Shown here: in pieces, positions 19,725 through 30,281 of the stretch
Layout of the letters: every line of letters starts with the position of its first letter
Numbering within the stretch: position 1 is the stretch's first letter
From: a virus
Lineage: Duplodnaviria > Heunggongvirae > Uroviricota > Caudoviricetes
DNA length: 64,000 nucleotides
Virus record (IMG/VR): IMGVR_UViG_2579778606_000002
Span: 27,981 to 91,980 of that record
Reading direction: 5' to 3' (one strand)
Position numbers and translations under genes: made by a program
Notes under the pieces: generated by a model
Database searches by the model: none
Told to the model about the DNA's origin: nothing
The model's input: the letters and a program-made list of their open reading frames with translations, nothing else

Positions 19725-19840
19725 ACGAACATAGCCCCTTTAACAAGCAATAAATCGAAGGGCAGTATGTTCAGTTTGTGATTTCCAGTGGTCTTTTGTT
19801 TTGAGAAATGGCCCCACCTAGGTTGGCGGGGCCTGGTTTG

Positions 19841-20683
19841 CTAAGGTGCAAAATTATAATCCAGCGCCCAGGCGTCGAGCGGGAGTTCATCGAGATGAAG
19901 CACTCTTTCCCTCGTTCGGTCTGGCCTTCCTGCGAACTGGATGCCGCCTATTTGAATGATCGTATCGCTAATAGATAGCTCATCGACCATCTCTTGCGTC
20001 GTGTACACCCCCTCAATAAAGGACACTTCCGCAGATAAGCAATTCAGGATCTCCGCCATTTCCGGCAATGTTGCGCTTAACTGGAAAGAAACACCATCAA
20101 ACACGATATGCAATGGCAATAGCGGCGCTATAACCGTATCAAAATCAGCAAGTAGCTTCTGTACAGCAACGTCTCGGTCACCGCTATCATAAGCTCGATA
20201 CAGCTTATTTTGGTTGACGACAACCAGCCCTCTGGATGTCAGGAAAAACTCACCATATTGTGCCTGAGCGGTCGGTATTTCATTTGCGGTCGCGAAGAAT
20301 GAACCATAGGGATGTTTTTCTGTATCGACAGGCGCATACAAAGGTTCCCATGAGACGGGGATTGTGCCAAATTCACGCCAGAACGTTTGCTCTATCGGCC
20401 TTACTGTTCCTTTGAAGTGCACCTCATCCAGTCGTTGAGCTAATAGCATTGGCCTGCGTGTTTTGTCCGTTTCTGTGATAACAAAGAAACGACCATATTC
20501 AGCAATGCGAGTGTCCATATCCTCCCTTGCCATTGTGAAAAACGATTTACGGTTGCTTATTCGCGTGAGAATAGGTTCAACCGATTCATTCCACACGTCC
20601 TGAATCGTATCAACAAAGGCGGCCCACAATTTAGAATCCTGTTTAAATTGCGTCAGACGCTCTTTTAGCCAGTTATTCTGCAT
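19841..20683 (-). CDS. Putative baseplate/tail protein (gpI-like position)
   Basis: 280-aa ORF downstream of baseplate J-like gene. Confidence 0.35.
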   Translation of the reverse strand: MQNNWLKERLTQFKQDSKLWAAFVDTIQDVWNESVEPILTRISNRKSFFTMAREDMDTRIAEYGRFFVITETDKTRRPMLLAQRLDEVHFKGTVRPIEQTFWREFGTIPVSWEPLYAPVDTEKHPYGSFFATANEIPTAQAQYGEFFLTSRGLVVVNQNKLYRAYDSGDRDVAVQKLLADFDTVIAPLLPLHIVFDGVSFQLSATLPEMAEILNCLSAEVSFIEGVYTTQEMVDELSISDTIIQIGGIQFAGRPDRTRERVLHLDELPLDAWALDYNFAP

Positions 20684-20692
20684 TGTGACCTC

Positions 20693-22123
20693 TTACGGAT
20701 AGGTTATGCTGAACGTTGATGATTCCACGTCCAGATAAACAAAATCATTAAAGTACACAGCTTCTTTCATGTTCTGCGTAGCCACGTCATAAGACAGGAA
20801 CATATCCAGCGATTCGATTACTCGCCAGATATCTTTTACTTTGACCTGTGCATAACATTGCTGTGAATCGTCATCACTCTGCAATAGCTGGCTAAATGAC
20901 ATGGAGTCTTTACCGAAGTTCTCCTCCAGTGCCGCTTTAATTGCAGTTAGCGCGTCATCCACCAGCACACTCTTTTTTACGATACCGGTAAATTTGATGT
21001 TGAACGGCTGTTCATTGGTGGCGACGTATTCGAACTTCTTATTCAGCTCATTAGGGATACTCTCAAGGGCTGATAATATCTCTGTTTTCAGAGCTTCCTG
21101 TGTTACGCCGGGCTTGTGCCCACAAAAGAAAATTTTGTTGATATTACGCACATCAAAGCCCGTGATTTTCTCCTGTAGCGCCTCCCCCCACACGTTAAGC
21201 CATGACGTGCCACTGACCACGTTCTGAATGAACTGGCGGTAATCACCGCCCCAAACAACCTGCTCATCGTAGGCCACATAATACTGCGCCCTGTTTCGGG
21301 TTTCCTCGGTAGTTTCCATGCCACCACCGCCAGAAATGATCGAATCGGTTTTTACTTCCAGTGATTCGACATACCCGGAGATGTTCCCTGCTGGTTCAAG
21401 TTTCTGGCCTTCAGCCAGCGTGTAATCACCGAGGCTTGCCATAATATCAATGCGTACCTGACTCCCTGCCGCTGGCATCATCCCCATTGATCCATCACCG
21501 AAGCGCACGCCGATCTGTTCTGTCGGCTTATAAACCAACACATAATGTTTACTGTTATCCCTGGACATGCGGAACAGGGGGTTATGTGTCCATTTTTCCT
21601 CGACACCATTAGTTATCACGACAACTTCCAGGCTGGCGACTTCTGCTGTTAACTCACGGGAAAGTAACAGCGTCAAGAATGGTGTTTCTTGCACCACGTC
21701 GAACGTTACGCTGACTGCTTCATGCTGTTTTACTTCTATGCCGGGTACTGTTTCACCAGCAGGGATAACAACACTACTGCTGGTTGCAATTGGTGTCTGG
21801 TCACTTGTCAGTAATTCAGCCCCTCCGGGTAGCGTAATATCCCTGTCGGTTTTGTTGGTGATGGAAACAGTGCCGTATGACGCATCGACCAAACGACCGA
21901 CATAGCCACGGTCTTCCGCTGCCGCGAGAATACTTGCTCTACGCGTCGCGGTGGAAATGAATCCTTCTGTAAGTGCACGGCTTGCAAATGTACGCGCAAT
22001 ATAAACAATCTGCGCGCCCAAAACGGACTGCATTTGAATAAACTGGCTGTTTACAAATCGCGCCCACCAGGGGTTTTCGTTCAGCTTGGCATTAAACTTG
22101 TCCAGTAATTCGGTAATACTCAC
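20693..22123 (-). CDS. Putative baseplate wedge protein (gpJ-like)
   Basis: 476-aa ORF following gp25-like gene, 4-nt overlap; order W-J-I-fibre typical of myovirus baseplates. Confidence 0.4.
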   Translation of the reverse strand: MSITELLDKFNAKLNENPWWARFVNSQFIQMQSVLGAQIVYIARTFASRALTEGFISTATRRASILAAAEDRGYVGRLVDASYGTVSITNKTDRDITLPGGAELLTSDQTPIATSSSVVIPAGETVPGIEVKQHEAVSVTFDVVQETPFLTLLLSRELTAEVASLEVVVITNGVEEKWTHNPLFRMSRDNSKHYVLVYKPTEQIGVRFGDGSMGMMPAAGSQVRIDIMASLGDYTLAEGQKLEPAGNISGYVESLEVKTDSIISGGGGMETTEETRNRAQYYVAYDEQVVWGGDYRQFIQNVVSGTSWLNVWGEALQEKITGFDVRNINKIFFCGHKPGVTQEALKTEILSALESIPNELNKKFEYVATNEQPFNIKFTGIVKKSVLVDDALTAIKAALEENFGKDSMSFSQLLQSDDDSQQCYAQVKVKDIWRVIESLDMFLSYDVATQNMKEAVYFNDFVYLDVESSTFSITYP

Positions 22124-22494
22124 GCTGTATCTCCGCTATCTTTCTGCATAACAACATTCACGGTGCCTCCTTTTGCCTGGAAGCTAATTAGTAACTGGTC
22201 TTCAGAGACAGTCGCGCAGCGGATCGCCTGGAGTCCAAGCCCTGGTAAGTCCTGCTGTAGCTTCGTCATCATTCGCGCTTCAATCGCCACTTCAACAATG
22301 TGTGACGTATCAGAACCGAAGGGTTCGTGTTTGAACTCCTCCATCGGATTCCCCCATGACGGCAATCCGTAAACGCTGCCATTTGGTGTCCGTAGCCATT
22401 CATCGAGTCGGGCTATCCAGGCGTTTGTGTCGCCTTCAGCGATCACCACCCCGCTCTCGTTTGTCTGAAGGCGGGCATCAATCTCATAAAGCAT
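22120..22494 (-). CDS. Putative baseplate protein (GPW/gp25-like)
   Basis: 124-aa ORF directly after tape-measure gene; weak GPW-like motif GSVYGLPSWGNPM. Confidence 0.35.
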   Translation of the reverse strand: MLYEIDARLQTNESGVVIAEGDTNAWIARLDEWLRTPNGSVYGLPSWGNPMEEFKHEPFGSDTSHIVEVAIEARMMTKLQQDLPGLGLQAIRCATVSEDQLLISFQAKGGTVNVVMQKDSGDTA

Positions 22495-22499
22495 CAGTC

Positions 22500-25400
22500 T
22501 TAATCCTCCAGTAATTTGTCAAGAGATGGGTCATTGATAGTCGTGCTGGCACGCTGACGAGGTTGTGGTTGTGATGTGTTCACAACTTTGTCCTGATCGC
22601 CTTTGCGGTTGTCTTTGCTTACGCCAAGAATCTCTTTGAGAACGGAATAAACGTTCTCCAGTGCTTTCAACATAGCCGGATCGTTATTTGCGGTATCTGT
22701 TGTTAGCATCTGCCTTATTCCGCTTCGTGCGAGGTCCGTGACGGTTGGTAGCTGAGGAGGCATTGCAAGGAACGGTTCTTTAGCAGCCACGCCCGAAGCA
22801 AACAGGCTTTGATTGATTGCGCCAGTCGTGTCCCTGATCGTATCCGCCGTTTTCTGTATGCCACCATTCAGCCAACCGCCAACACTCCTTGTTAACGGAC
22901 TAATAGCGCGAGCAACATCGGTATTCTGTCCAGAGGACTGCAATACAAAGTCATTTAACATTCCGGTGCTATCAATACCGCCCACAAGTCGCGAGAGGTT
23001 ATCTCCAACGGCGGGGAGGACGGCGGAGCCTACCTGGTTAAGCCCTGACACAGTTGAATCAAATAGCGAGCCAAAGAAGCCCCTGTCCTCACCTTCAACC
23101 ACCTTGTAGCCGTTGTCGTAAATCTGCACACCCGCCGGTGTCGATGTGGCACGCTTCTCGCTGATGGTTGCCGGACTCTCCGGAAGCAGGTCAATGGTTT
23201 CTGTATCGCGGTTAACGTTGCGCTTTTGCTGTATAGCCGTAGTGATATCGGCGATCGGTTCCGCCTTCTGGAAACTAAAGTTTTTGCCCGTTGCTCTGGA
23301 TATTTTTTCAACAAGAAACTTATCCAATTGCTTGGCTTTTGCTGCTAACGAGGACATCTCTTCCGGAGAACTGGCAGGGCCGAGATTTAGCCCCATATTG
23401 GGATCTCCCCCAACTATCCCGGCGATGACGCCCCCAACACCGTCTGCACTCATTAACCGCTCCGTCAATCCGGCTGCGGCGGAAGAATTGCCACTAGCTT
23501 TCGCGTGGCTGATCGCTTGGGCATTTTCCTGTTGAGCTGCCTTCGGTTTTTTAGCTGCCTGTGCGTGTTGAACCACGTCAGTAGGGCTAGGCATTACAGC
23601 CTGGGCTACGCTTGACGCAGGAATAGCAGAAGATGAGCCGTTGGCGTATTTGACTTTGCTACCGACACTATATTGGGAGTTGCGAGCGATTAGAGGACCG
23701 CCCTTTTCCTTCTGGATTTTATTAATGTGTTCCAGCGTTTCATTATTGAATTGCCCTTCCCAACGCCCAGTTTTAGCGTTGAATGAACCAAGAGCTGTTT
23801 TGATGAAATTGTTGTTAACCGCCGGGTTACCCCCCTCCTTCGTCGCAATAGCGCGAACAAGGTGCGTCATAACTTCAGGGTTGCTAACGTCTATTTTATC
23901 GTTGGGGGATACCCCTAGATATTTGCTGACGTTTTCAATGTACTGATTGGTGTTGTTCTCTGTTGGTGGTGCCCATTTTGAAATGATGCTGGATACTGTT
24001 TGCAGCTTCTGATACCCAGCGGCAGCACTTGTACCGTTGTAATAACTCGATACCTGGTTTGCCAATGCCCGAATCCCTTCTTCGGGCGTATTAAACCGCG
24101 CAAAACGCTGTTCGCCTTTCGCGTTCGGCGCTTCCAGTACCGCCCCCTCCTGATTTGCAAAAACCAGGTTCCCCAGGTTGTTATTCCGGTAATTCCTGTT
24201 CTTGGCGTTGCTTCCGCCTATATTCAGATCAGTCGTTATTGTATTTTTTTCAGGCGCTTTAAATTCGTCTGGCGATTTGTAGCCGTGTTCACCCACGCCA
24301 TCCTCACCTCTGCGCCCGCCCTGTAGCTGTCGGGCCAGATCATTAATTGCGGCTACCGTTTGCTTGGTGCCATCTTCAACGGCTTTCTTAACCTGCGCAG
24401 TGCCTTCGCTGCTTGATGAGAACGATTCTTTTAGGCTGCTGAATGCGTTCTTCGACGCGTCGATAGAACTATTTATGCCGCGAGCAATATTGCTGGTATC
24501 AAGACTCTGAAGTTTTTGTCCGACACCTTCAAAGCCTAGCGCGGACATCCCCTCGCCAATGAGGTTAGCCGCTCCCGTCACCAGACCGCCCATATCCAGG
24601 ACGTTAGCAGCGGCATAGGCGCTCTTTTGCTGTGTTGTAACGTCCTGCCCTTCCTTCAGGTTATAAGTCGCCCTCTGCGCTTCTGTGTCGCTGTAGCCGT
24701 CTACGGCATCATAACCAACCATAGCCACCTGGCCGATGACTGGAATCGCCCTGAATCCGGCCCTTGCGGCAACACCTCCGGCAGCTTTGAGAGCCACTTT
24801 TCCAGCTTCTTTTTTCGCGATGTTTTCACCAGTGACAACGGCAACCTTACCCGCCTCTTTCCTGGTAAGGCTTTCCCCTGCGGAAGTTGCCGCTTTACCA
24901 GCGTCTTTCCCTGCCGCTCCACCAGCCGCCGTTTTGGCTACACTTTCTTCAGTGACCTTACCTGCTCTGGTTTTAACTGAAGATTTATCACCCGATGATT
25001 TTGGTGAGGTACTACCCTCGTTCCCACCAGCATTTTTTGTCCGATTTTTTTCCTCGCCCGCACTGTTGTTTTTGCCTGGCTGATTTTTTTTCCCCTCTTT
25101 GCCTTCCTGACTCCTGCCCGTCTCAGTAGGTTTGCTGGTGTTTTTTCCCTTCTTGCCCTTGTTTTCTTTACTGTCTCCAGTGCGGCCCGTGTTGCCACCA
25201 CGTGCACTGCTACGACCGCGTGTAGGGGATATTTTGGTACGTAATCTGCCACCGCCGAGGAGGTCGCTCAGTTTTAGCCCACTCTCCTGCGACTTTCGTA
25301 GTTTCCGGATCTCTTCGGATACAGTTTCCAGCTCATCAATTATCTGGCTGTCGTTGCGTTGAAGAACTTTCGTTTGTTCTTCGATCGCACGTACAGATTT

Positions 25401-26363
25401 TTCTTTAACGGCTTCAGTAAATGCCTTTGCTGAACCGGGCGCGTTATCTGGAGTCTTCCTTTCATTGTCAGGTGCCGGGTAAGTAATGGCGGGGGCTTTC
25501 GCGACCACCGGTGCGCCAGCCGCCTTGTCGTTGCCATTATCTATCCATTCTTTCAATGATTTAGCCTTGCCTGTAATCTCGCGGCTGATATCAAATACGC
25601 CCCGTGCTGCCATCCATAGTGGACCACCAGCCCCTACCCCGGCAACATCGGTTACAGCTCCATCGTCGGCTTTCCCTGAACCATCAACCCCCATAATGGA
25701 ACCGAGTTTTCGCAGGAACCCAACCTGTAGTTTTGCCTGTGCGCGTAGCTCATTCTGGCGTGCGAGATCCTCGTTTTTTTTCTGAGAGGCAAATCGTCCG
25801 TTGCTATCCCGTAACGGTGCACCAGCGATGCTCTGGTTTTCTCTAACTGGTTGTTCTTGCCTTGCAGGCTGAATGTCAGGAGTGAGCGATTGAATGCGCT
25901 CAGGTGATGACTTCGTGGCTTTGCCTTCAGCCATCGGTGCTGTTTTTGATTCCGAATGAGCGGTGCGGTGATCTGCTGCTGCTTTTTGCGGATTATCTAT
26001 CTCGCTAGTGTTGTTTATACGTAATCTCTGTTTCTTGGTAGGCAGCCGGTCTTTATACGGCCCCTGAATGAAACTGTTGCGTTGCGCCCCTGCTTTCTCT
26101 GTTCGGGACAGGCGACGACTTACGCGTCCTTGTGGTGCGTCGCTGGTTTCAGGATTGCGTCCGTAAGACTCAAGTGCTTTTATTATTTCTGAAAGCGCAG
26201 CTAGCTCTTTCGCGTTTGCCGTTTGTATTGCGTCGATTATCGCTATTCGGTCTTTTTTATCGTTCAAAATAACCTCACTTACATCGGCGGTGATCACCCT
26301 GTTTTTTTGGCGTGGGCTTTGTATTTCTCTTCCAGTGCTTTTTCCATATGGAGTGCCCGCCAC
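22500..26363 (-). CDS. Tape-measure / injection protein (P1 Sit-like) with embedded globular domain
   Basis: 1287-aa ORF; Lys/Gly/Ala-rich repeats (KEAGKVA..) and coiled coils; upstream of baseplate genes. Confidence 0.55.
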   Translation of the reverse strand: MAGTPYGKSTGREIQSPRQKNRVITADVSEVILNDKKDRIAIIDAIQTANAKELAALSEIIKALESYGRNPETSDAPQGRVSRRLSRTEKAGAQRNSFIQGPYKDRLPTKKQRLRINNTSEIDNPQKAAADHRTAHSESKTAPMAEGKATKSSPERIQSLTPDIQPARQEQPVRENQSIAGAPLRDSNGRFASQKKNEDLARQNELRAQAKLQVGFLRKLGSIMGVDGSGKADDGAVTDVAGVGAGGPLWMAARGVFDISREITGKAKSLKEWIDNGNDKAAGAPVVAKAPAITYPAPDNERKTPDNAPGSAKAFTEAVKEKSVRAIEEQTKVLQRNDSQIIDELETVSEEIRKLRKSQESGLKLSDLLGGGRLRTKISPTRGRSSARGGNTGRTGDSKENKGKKGKNTSKPTETGRSQEGKEGKKNQPGKNNSAGEEKNRTKNAGGNEGSTSPKSSGDKSSVKTRAGKVTEESVAKTAAGGAAGKDAGKAATSAGESLTRKEAGKVAVVTGENIAKKEAGKVALKAAGGVAARAGFRAIPVIGQVAMVGYDAVDGYSDTEAQRATYNLKEGQDVTTQQKSAYAAANVLDMGGLVTGAANLIGEGMSALGFEGVGQKLQSLDTSNIARGINSSIDASKNAFSSLKESFSSSSEGTAQVKKAVEDGTKQTVAAINDLARQLQGGRRGEDGVGEHGYKSPDEFKAPEKNTITTDLNIGGSNAKNRNYRNNNLGNLVFANQEGAVLEAPNAKGEQRFARFNTPEEGIRALANQVSSYYNGTSAAAGYQKLQTVSSIISKWAPPTENNTNQYIENVSKYLGVSPNDKIDVSNPEVMTHLVRAIATKEGGNPAVNNNFIKTALGSFNAKTGRWEGQFNNETLEHINKIQKEKGGPLIARNSQYSVGSKVKYANGSSSAIPASSVAQAVMPSPTDVVQHAQAAKKPKAAQQENAQAISHAKASGNSSAAAGLTERLMSADGVGGVIAGIVGGDPNMGLNLGPASSPEEMSSLAAKAKQLDKFLVEKISRATGKNFSFQKAEPIADITTAIQQKRNVNRDTETIDLLPESPATISEKRATSTPAGVQIYDNGYKVVEGEDRGFFGSLFDSTVSGLNQVGSAVLPAVGDNLSRLVGGIDSTGMLNDFVLQSSGQNTDVARAISPLTRSVGGWLNGGIQKTADTIRDTTGAINQSLFASGVAAKEPFLAMPPQLPTVTDLARSGIRQMLTTDTANNDPAMLKALENVYSVLKEILGVSKDNRKGDQDKVVNTSQPQPRQRASTTINDPSLDKLLED

Positions 26364-26414
26364 TGCGGTAATTGTTCAACGTCACTAACTGGCTGGTAGC
26401 CGTATAACGTCAGG

Positions 26415-27365
26415 TTATTGATAATGGTTAGCCATCCATTCAGATCTAATTGATGGGATAAACTCTCTATTGAGAAATGGGGCGTACAGCGTGGTAGTCA
26501 CGTCTGCACCCTCCTTAGCGTTTTTGCAGCGTTGTGGCGGTAGGATCAGGCGGCTTGTGCCTCGTTCAATAGCCATTTTTAAGCCGTGGCGAAGGTCTTT
26601 CTGCATGAGCTGAATGCGAGCTACCAGAGGGGTAAACTCGGTTTCCAGTGCCATGTTTTCAATGATATCGAATCGTCTGTTTGCAGCTTGTGTGAAGTCT
26701 TCTGGATCGTCGTTCAGAGATGTACACAAGGCCAACTCAGCTATGCGGAGACGAGCAACCTCAGCACTGTACTCTGGAGTTTTCATATCAGGCAAAGTGG
26801 CGCGCATACGTTCAAGCAATTCAGCGCCTTTCCCTGTTAGCGGTTTAAGCGTCCACTCGGTTGGTACTCCGTTTATAGGGACCATAGTTTTAACAAACGG
26901 CGGGACAGTCAGGATTTCTACCGTTTCGGCAAGGTCTGAAAGGTTAATATCTGCGTGATGAACGTTTCCACAGTGACCACACTCATATGAGTAAGTCATG
27001 ACGGCATCAGGCCTGGAATTAACAAAGATCCACCAAAGCGCGGTTCTGCGATCCTGAACTGTCCAGTTTGAGCTGTCGCTAATTTCGCCATCTTGCATAG
27101 CGTTGAGGTATTCTGTTGTGGTTGCCTCGTCTTCTGCCGGATTGATGTCTGAATATTTCAGGGCATCTTTCACAGTAGGTGCATGAAACTGAATTTCTAT
27201 TTCAGGCTGTGAAGGCAATGGGAATTTGGGAATGTTCAAGGATTCCTCCAGAAAAGTCGGTACTCGTTTGGCTGGAGGATAGGGAGTGTGTGATTTTGAC
27301 TTTAACCTATTTATCCACAGGGTAGATCCAATAAATAGATCCCAAAGAGAACCAGTAAGATCCAA
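26415..27365 (-). CDS. Hypothetical protein, first gene of tail operon (CxxC-containing)
   Basis: 316-aa ORF (TTG start in track, true start uncertain) divergent from repA; contains YECGHCGNVHH. Confidence 0.45.
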   Translation of the reverse strand: MDLTGSLWDLFIGSTLWINRLKSKSHTPYPPAKRVPTFLEESLNIPKFPLPSQPEIEIQFHAPTVKDALKYSDINPAEDEATTTEYLNAMQDGEISDSSNWTVQDRRTALWWIFVNSRPDAVMTYSYECGHCGNVHHADINLSDLAETVEILTVPPFVKTMVPINGVPTEWTLKPLTGKGAELLERMRATLPDMKTPEYSAEVARLRIAELALCTSLNDDPEDFTQAANRRFDIIENMALETEFTPLVARIQLMQKDLRHGLKMAIERGTSRLILPPQRCKNAKEGADVTTTLYAPFLNREFIPSIRSEWMANHYQ

Positions 27366-27416
27366 AGAAGATCCCGGATCGCTGCGAGCCGCGCCATCAC
27401 TGGCCTAAATGGCGAT

Positions 27417-27524
27417 CAACATTGACTATGTGCGATTTAATGTTGACTATGTGCGATTTAATATTGACTGTACGCGATTTAATGTTGACTATATGCGATA
27501 TAAACATTGACTGTATGCGATAAT
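27417..27524. repeat. Origin iterons: five direct 21-bp repeats (consensus TGTTGACTATGTGCGATTTAA)
   Basis: Five contiguous direct repeats seen immediately upstream of repA, like P1 oriR/incC. Confidence 0.8.
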
Positions 27525-27544
27525 TCTCTCAGCCGTCAGACGGC

Positions 27545-27553
27545 TGTGGATAA
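27545..27553. promoter_or_regulatory. DnaA box (TGTGGATAA = reverse complement of TTATCCACA)
   Basis: Perfect 9-mer next to the iteron array and an adjacent hairpin cagccgtc-aga-cggctg. Confidence 0.5.
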
Positions 27554-27601
27554 GTATCTTTCATTTGGCTATAAAGCCCCGTCAATCAAGGAAATAACAG
27601 G

Positions 27602-28486
27602 ATGGTAGATGACAAAAAAGGCTTTCTGAATGTTGAGGAAATATCAGGGAATACCGGAGAAATCCACAGCTTAAAGCCTAACAATAATAGTACTATTCAG
27701 CCGATAGCTTTGTTGCGGCTTGGGGTGTTTGTTCCCACATTGAAATCTACCAGTGTTGCTTTACGTCGCAAGAACGCCGGTTTAACTAACTCCACTGATG
27801 CGACAGAAGAGCTGTCCAGCCTGAAGATTGTAGAGCAGGAAGGGTATCAGGGTATTGAGATTCATGGTCCACGCCTGGATATGGATACTGATTTTAAGGT
27901 GTGGATAGGCATTACATCTGCATTGTTTGACTATAAACCAGATAATGATGGTGTGATCACCCTGACATTCTCTGAATTTGTGGATCGTTGCGGTTATCCA
28001 AGGAAGCGGCTGTCCAAGGCTTTTCGCAAGAGCATTGGCGACTCTCTAACGCGTATTCAGCAGACGTTGCTGAAGTTCAACTTGCCCACCAGCAAAGAAC
28101 ATGTTCGTTATATCCAGATGAATTTATTGGCATTTAGTGAACTTGATACTGAAAATGACATTATAAGAATCCAACCGCAGAAGCAGTTGTCTGAGTTGTA
28201 CTACGTTGACTATAAGCGAATATTGAAGCTCAAAATGCTCGATAAACTTGGCAGGAAAGAGACAGCCAAGGTGCTTTATACGTTTTTCGAAGCGTTACCT
28301 TCAAACCCTGCGCCAGTGAGTATTGAGCGCCTTCGTGCCAGATTGAACCTCAAGTCCTCGGTTAGCGTTCAGAACAGTGTGATTCGTAAAGCCATGAAAG
28401 ACTTAGAAGCTGTTGAATATCTTAAATTTTCAGAGATAAAGAATGGTCGGAAAATAGGTTTCCAGATCCATAAACGAAATCCATAA
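27602..28486 (+). CDS. repA: Plasmid replication initiator RepA (P1 RepA-like)
   Basis: 294-aa ORF with AAGGA RBS; segments QPIALLRLGVFVP and FFEALPSNPAPVSIERLRARL recall P1 RepA; iterons on both sides. Confidence 0.8.
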   Translation: MVDDKKGFLNVEEISGNTGEIHSLKPNNNSTIQPIALLRLGVFVPTLKSTSVALRRKNAGLTNSTDATEELSSLKIVEQEGYQGIEIHGPRLDMDTDFKVWIGITSALFDYKPDNDGVITLTFSEFVDRCGYPRKRLSKAFRKSIGDSLTRIQQTLLKFNLPTSKEHVRYIQMNLLAFSELDTENDIIRIQPQKQLSELYYVDYKRILKLKMLDKLGRKETAKVLYTFFEALPSNPAPVSIERLRARLNLKSSVSVQNSVIRKAMKDLEAVEYLKFSEIKNGRKIGFQIHKRNP

Positions 28487-28715
28487 CGTTGACTGTGTGC
28501 GATTCTAAGCGTTGACTATACGCGACAAACATTGGCGCAGGCGGATTTAGTTATTAGCTTTTTCACATGATCAATGGATAAACCAGCTATTTTATTGAGT
28601 ATTTGTCGCTTATAGTCAATCTTTTCTCATTTCTTGTCGCGTGTAGTCAATGTTTTGTGATCGGGATCGAGTACAGTCAACATTAGTTGTAGGCCATTTC
28701 GCCTATAGTCAACAT
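28487..28715. repeat. Downstream iteron array (incA-like copy-control repeats, both orientations)
   Basis: Two direct copies (CGTTGACTGTGTGCGAT, GTTGACTATACGCGA) then four or more inverted copies (..TATAGTCAAT). Confidence 0.7.
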
Positions 28716-29008
28716 TTCTCCATCAGCAGTCTTAAGGGCAATTCTTACATCATTAGTTAGTTGGTTGGATCTTTAACGGCTAACATTATTTGTAATTTAT
28801 TGATTAATAAGGAATGTGTAAAAATCAACCTCAGATGGCATCGTATGCTATAGCTATTTTTATAGCACTACTGTTGAATGTTTTATGGTTGTAACGCGTT
28901 GATTTTGTTGTGATGTGTAAAAAATGCCATCATTGACGTAAACAGCAGGTGTAGATATTGCCCTCAAGTTTGCCCCTTCCCCACCTTCTCGCACTTTAAT
29001 ACTACATT

Positions 29009-29746
29009 TCAAAACTTGATCACGTTGCTGGCGGCGCTTTTAAGTGCGCTTGTTGCTAAACCAGCAGCTCCATTGACTAATGCGGACAGGCCTGAACCAG
29101 CAGATGTGTATCGCTGGAACGTGATCGGATAGGACAAGAATTCGGACACCTGATCACGTGAGCGGCTGATCTCTCCTATCTGAGTCGGAAATACACGCAT
29201 TTCCTCTTCCAGCTCTTTCCCGCCTTCCTGTGTAACGCGGTATAGCCTGATATTCATGAGATAATCTGGCGGCAGGTTTAGCGTACCATCGCTATTGGTT
29301 ACACGGGCGCGGCGCTCCTTGAACCAATTCATTATTTTGCCGTCTTCTGTGTCTCTGACCGTCATTGTTACCGGTCCGGCGGTTACGTGCGTTGGCTTAT
29401 TGAACTCGACGCTACCAATGATTTTGCTTTCTGTTTCAATATTCCCGCTACTGTAAGTTATGTCCTTAACGAACATATCAAAGCCGCTTAATCCGTCTAC
29501 GTCTACCGTCCACTGCCAGCCCTGGGCATAGCGGATACGCATAGCCGTAGCAACTACGTTCTTTCCGTAAGCGATGTCATTGCCGTAGCTCCCACTAACG
29601 CCACTGCCAGACACCGCTCTATCCAGAATGTCGCTGATAAGGTTGCTGGTGAACGATTTCGCGCTAAACGATACCGCACTGGATAGCGTTTGCGTTGCAG
29701 CACTAAAAATACTCACGTAGCCCTCCGTGTTAAAAAATGGTGGCAC
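29009..29746 (-). CDS. Hypothetical structural protein
   Basis: 245-aa ORF at end of sheath/tube operon, overlapping upstream gene. Confidence 0.4.
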   Translation of the reverse strand: MPPFFNTEGYVSIFSAATQTLSSAVSFSAKSFTSNLISDILDRAVSGSGVSGSYGNDIAYGKNVVATAMRIRYAQGWQWTVDVDGLSGFDMFVKDITYSSGNIETESKIIGSVEFNKPTHVTAGPVTMTVRDTEDGKIMNWFKERRARVTNSDGTLNLPPDYLMNIRLYRVTQEGGKELEEEMRVFPTQIGEISRSRDQVSEFLSYPITFQRYTSAGSGLSALVNGAAGLATSALKSAASNVIKF

Positions 29747-30281
29747 CAGGGATAATGGCCCGGTTGGCTGCCATTTTTTCTTCTATCTCCTGAACACGCG
29801 CGTAGAGCGTCGCCTCATCAGGAAGATCGGAGTAATCAAACTTGCCATCAATTGACGCCCTTCGCTGGCGGGCAACGTTGCGGACATTGATTAGTGCTTC
29901 AAGATATTCCTCAAGCATTCCGATAATCGCAGGTGGAACTTGCCACTCATCCAGGTTGCGATCGCGGAGATTTACAAGGTATTGCATCTTGAAAGGCCAG
30001 CGTTCAGAACCGGTAAGCTCAAGTTCGACAAAACCGGCAATCTCGTCGGCGTAAACCAGAAGTCCGTTGTGGTCAGTGACGTGGACCAGAGACAGATAAT
30101 CATCCGGAACAGGGATCGCCGTACCGTCTGCTTTCTCCAGCTTTAATGCCTTCACTACTCCCGCTCTGTCCTGGTAAGTAGTCAATGCTTTGATCAGGAA
30201 TGCTTTCAGTGTCTCCTCTTCCCGTACAAGAAGAGGATTGAATCGCGCTTTAACGCTTTCTAATAGTTCAGAAGGTGTCAT
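29730..30281 (-). CDS. Hypothetical structural protein
   Basis: 183-aa ORF in tail gene block. Confidence 0.4.
   Translation of the reverse strand: MTPSELLESVKARFNPLLVREEETLKAFLIKALTTYQDRAGVVKALKLEKADGTAIPVPDDYLSLVHVTDHNGLLVYADEIAGFVELELTGSERWPFKMQYLVNLRDRNLDEWQVPPAIIGMLEEYLEALINVRNVARQRRASIDGKFDYSDLPDEATLYARVQEIEEKMAANRAIIPGATIF

Noticed and set aside
22813-25785. Numerous antisense and overlapping track ORFs inside the tape-measure gene
   Set aside because: All are embedded in one long high-GC reading frame with repeat content; their products are Pro/Ser/Ala/Arg-rich artefacts of the opposite strand.
27417-27524. Regularly spaced 21-bp direct repeats that could be mistaken for a CRISPR array
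   Set aside because: Repeats are contiguous with no spacers, flank repA on both sides and include inverted copies; this is an iteron origin and copy-control architecture.
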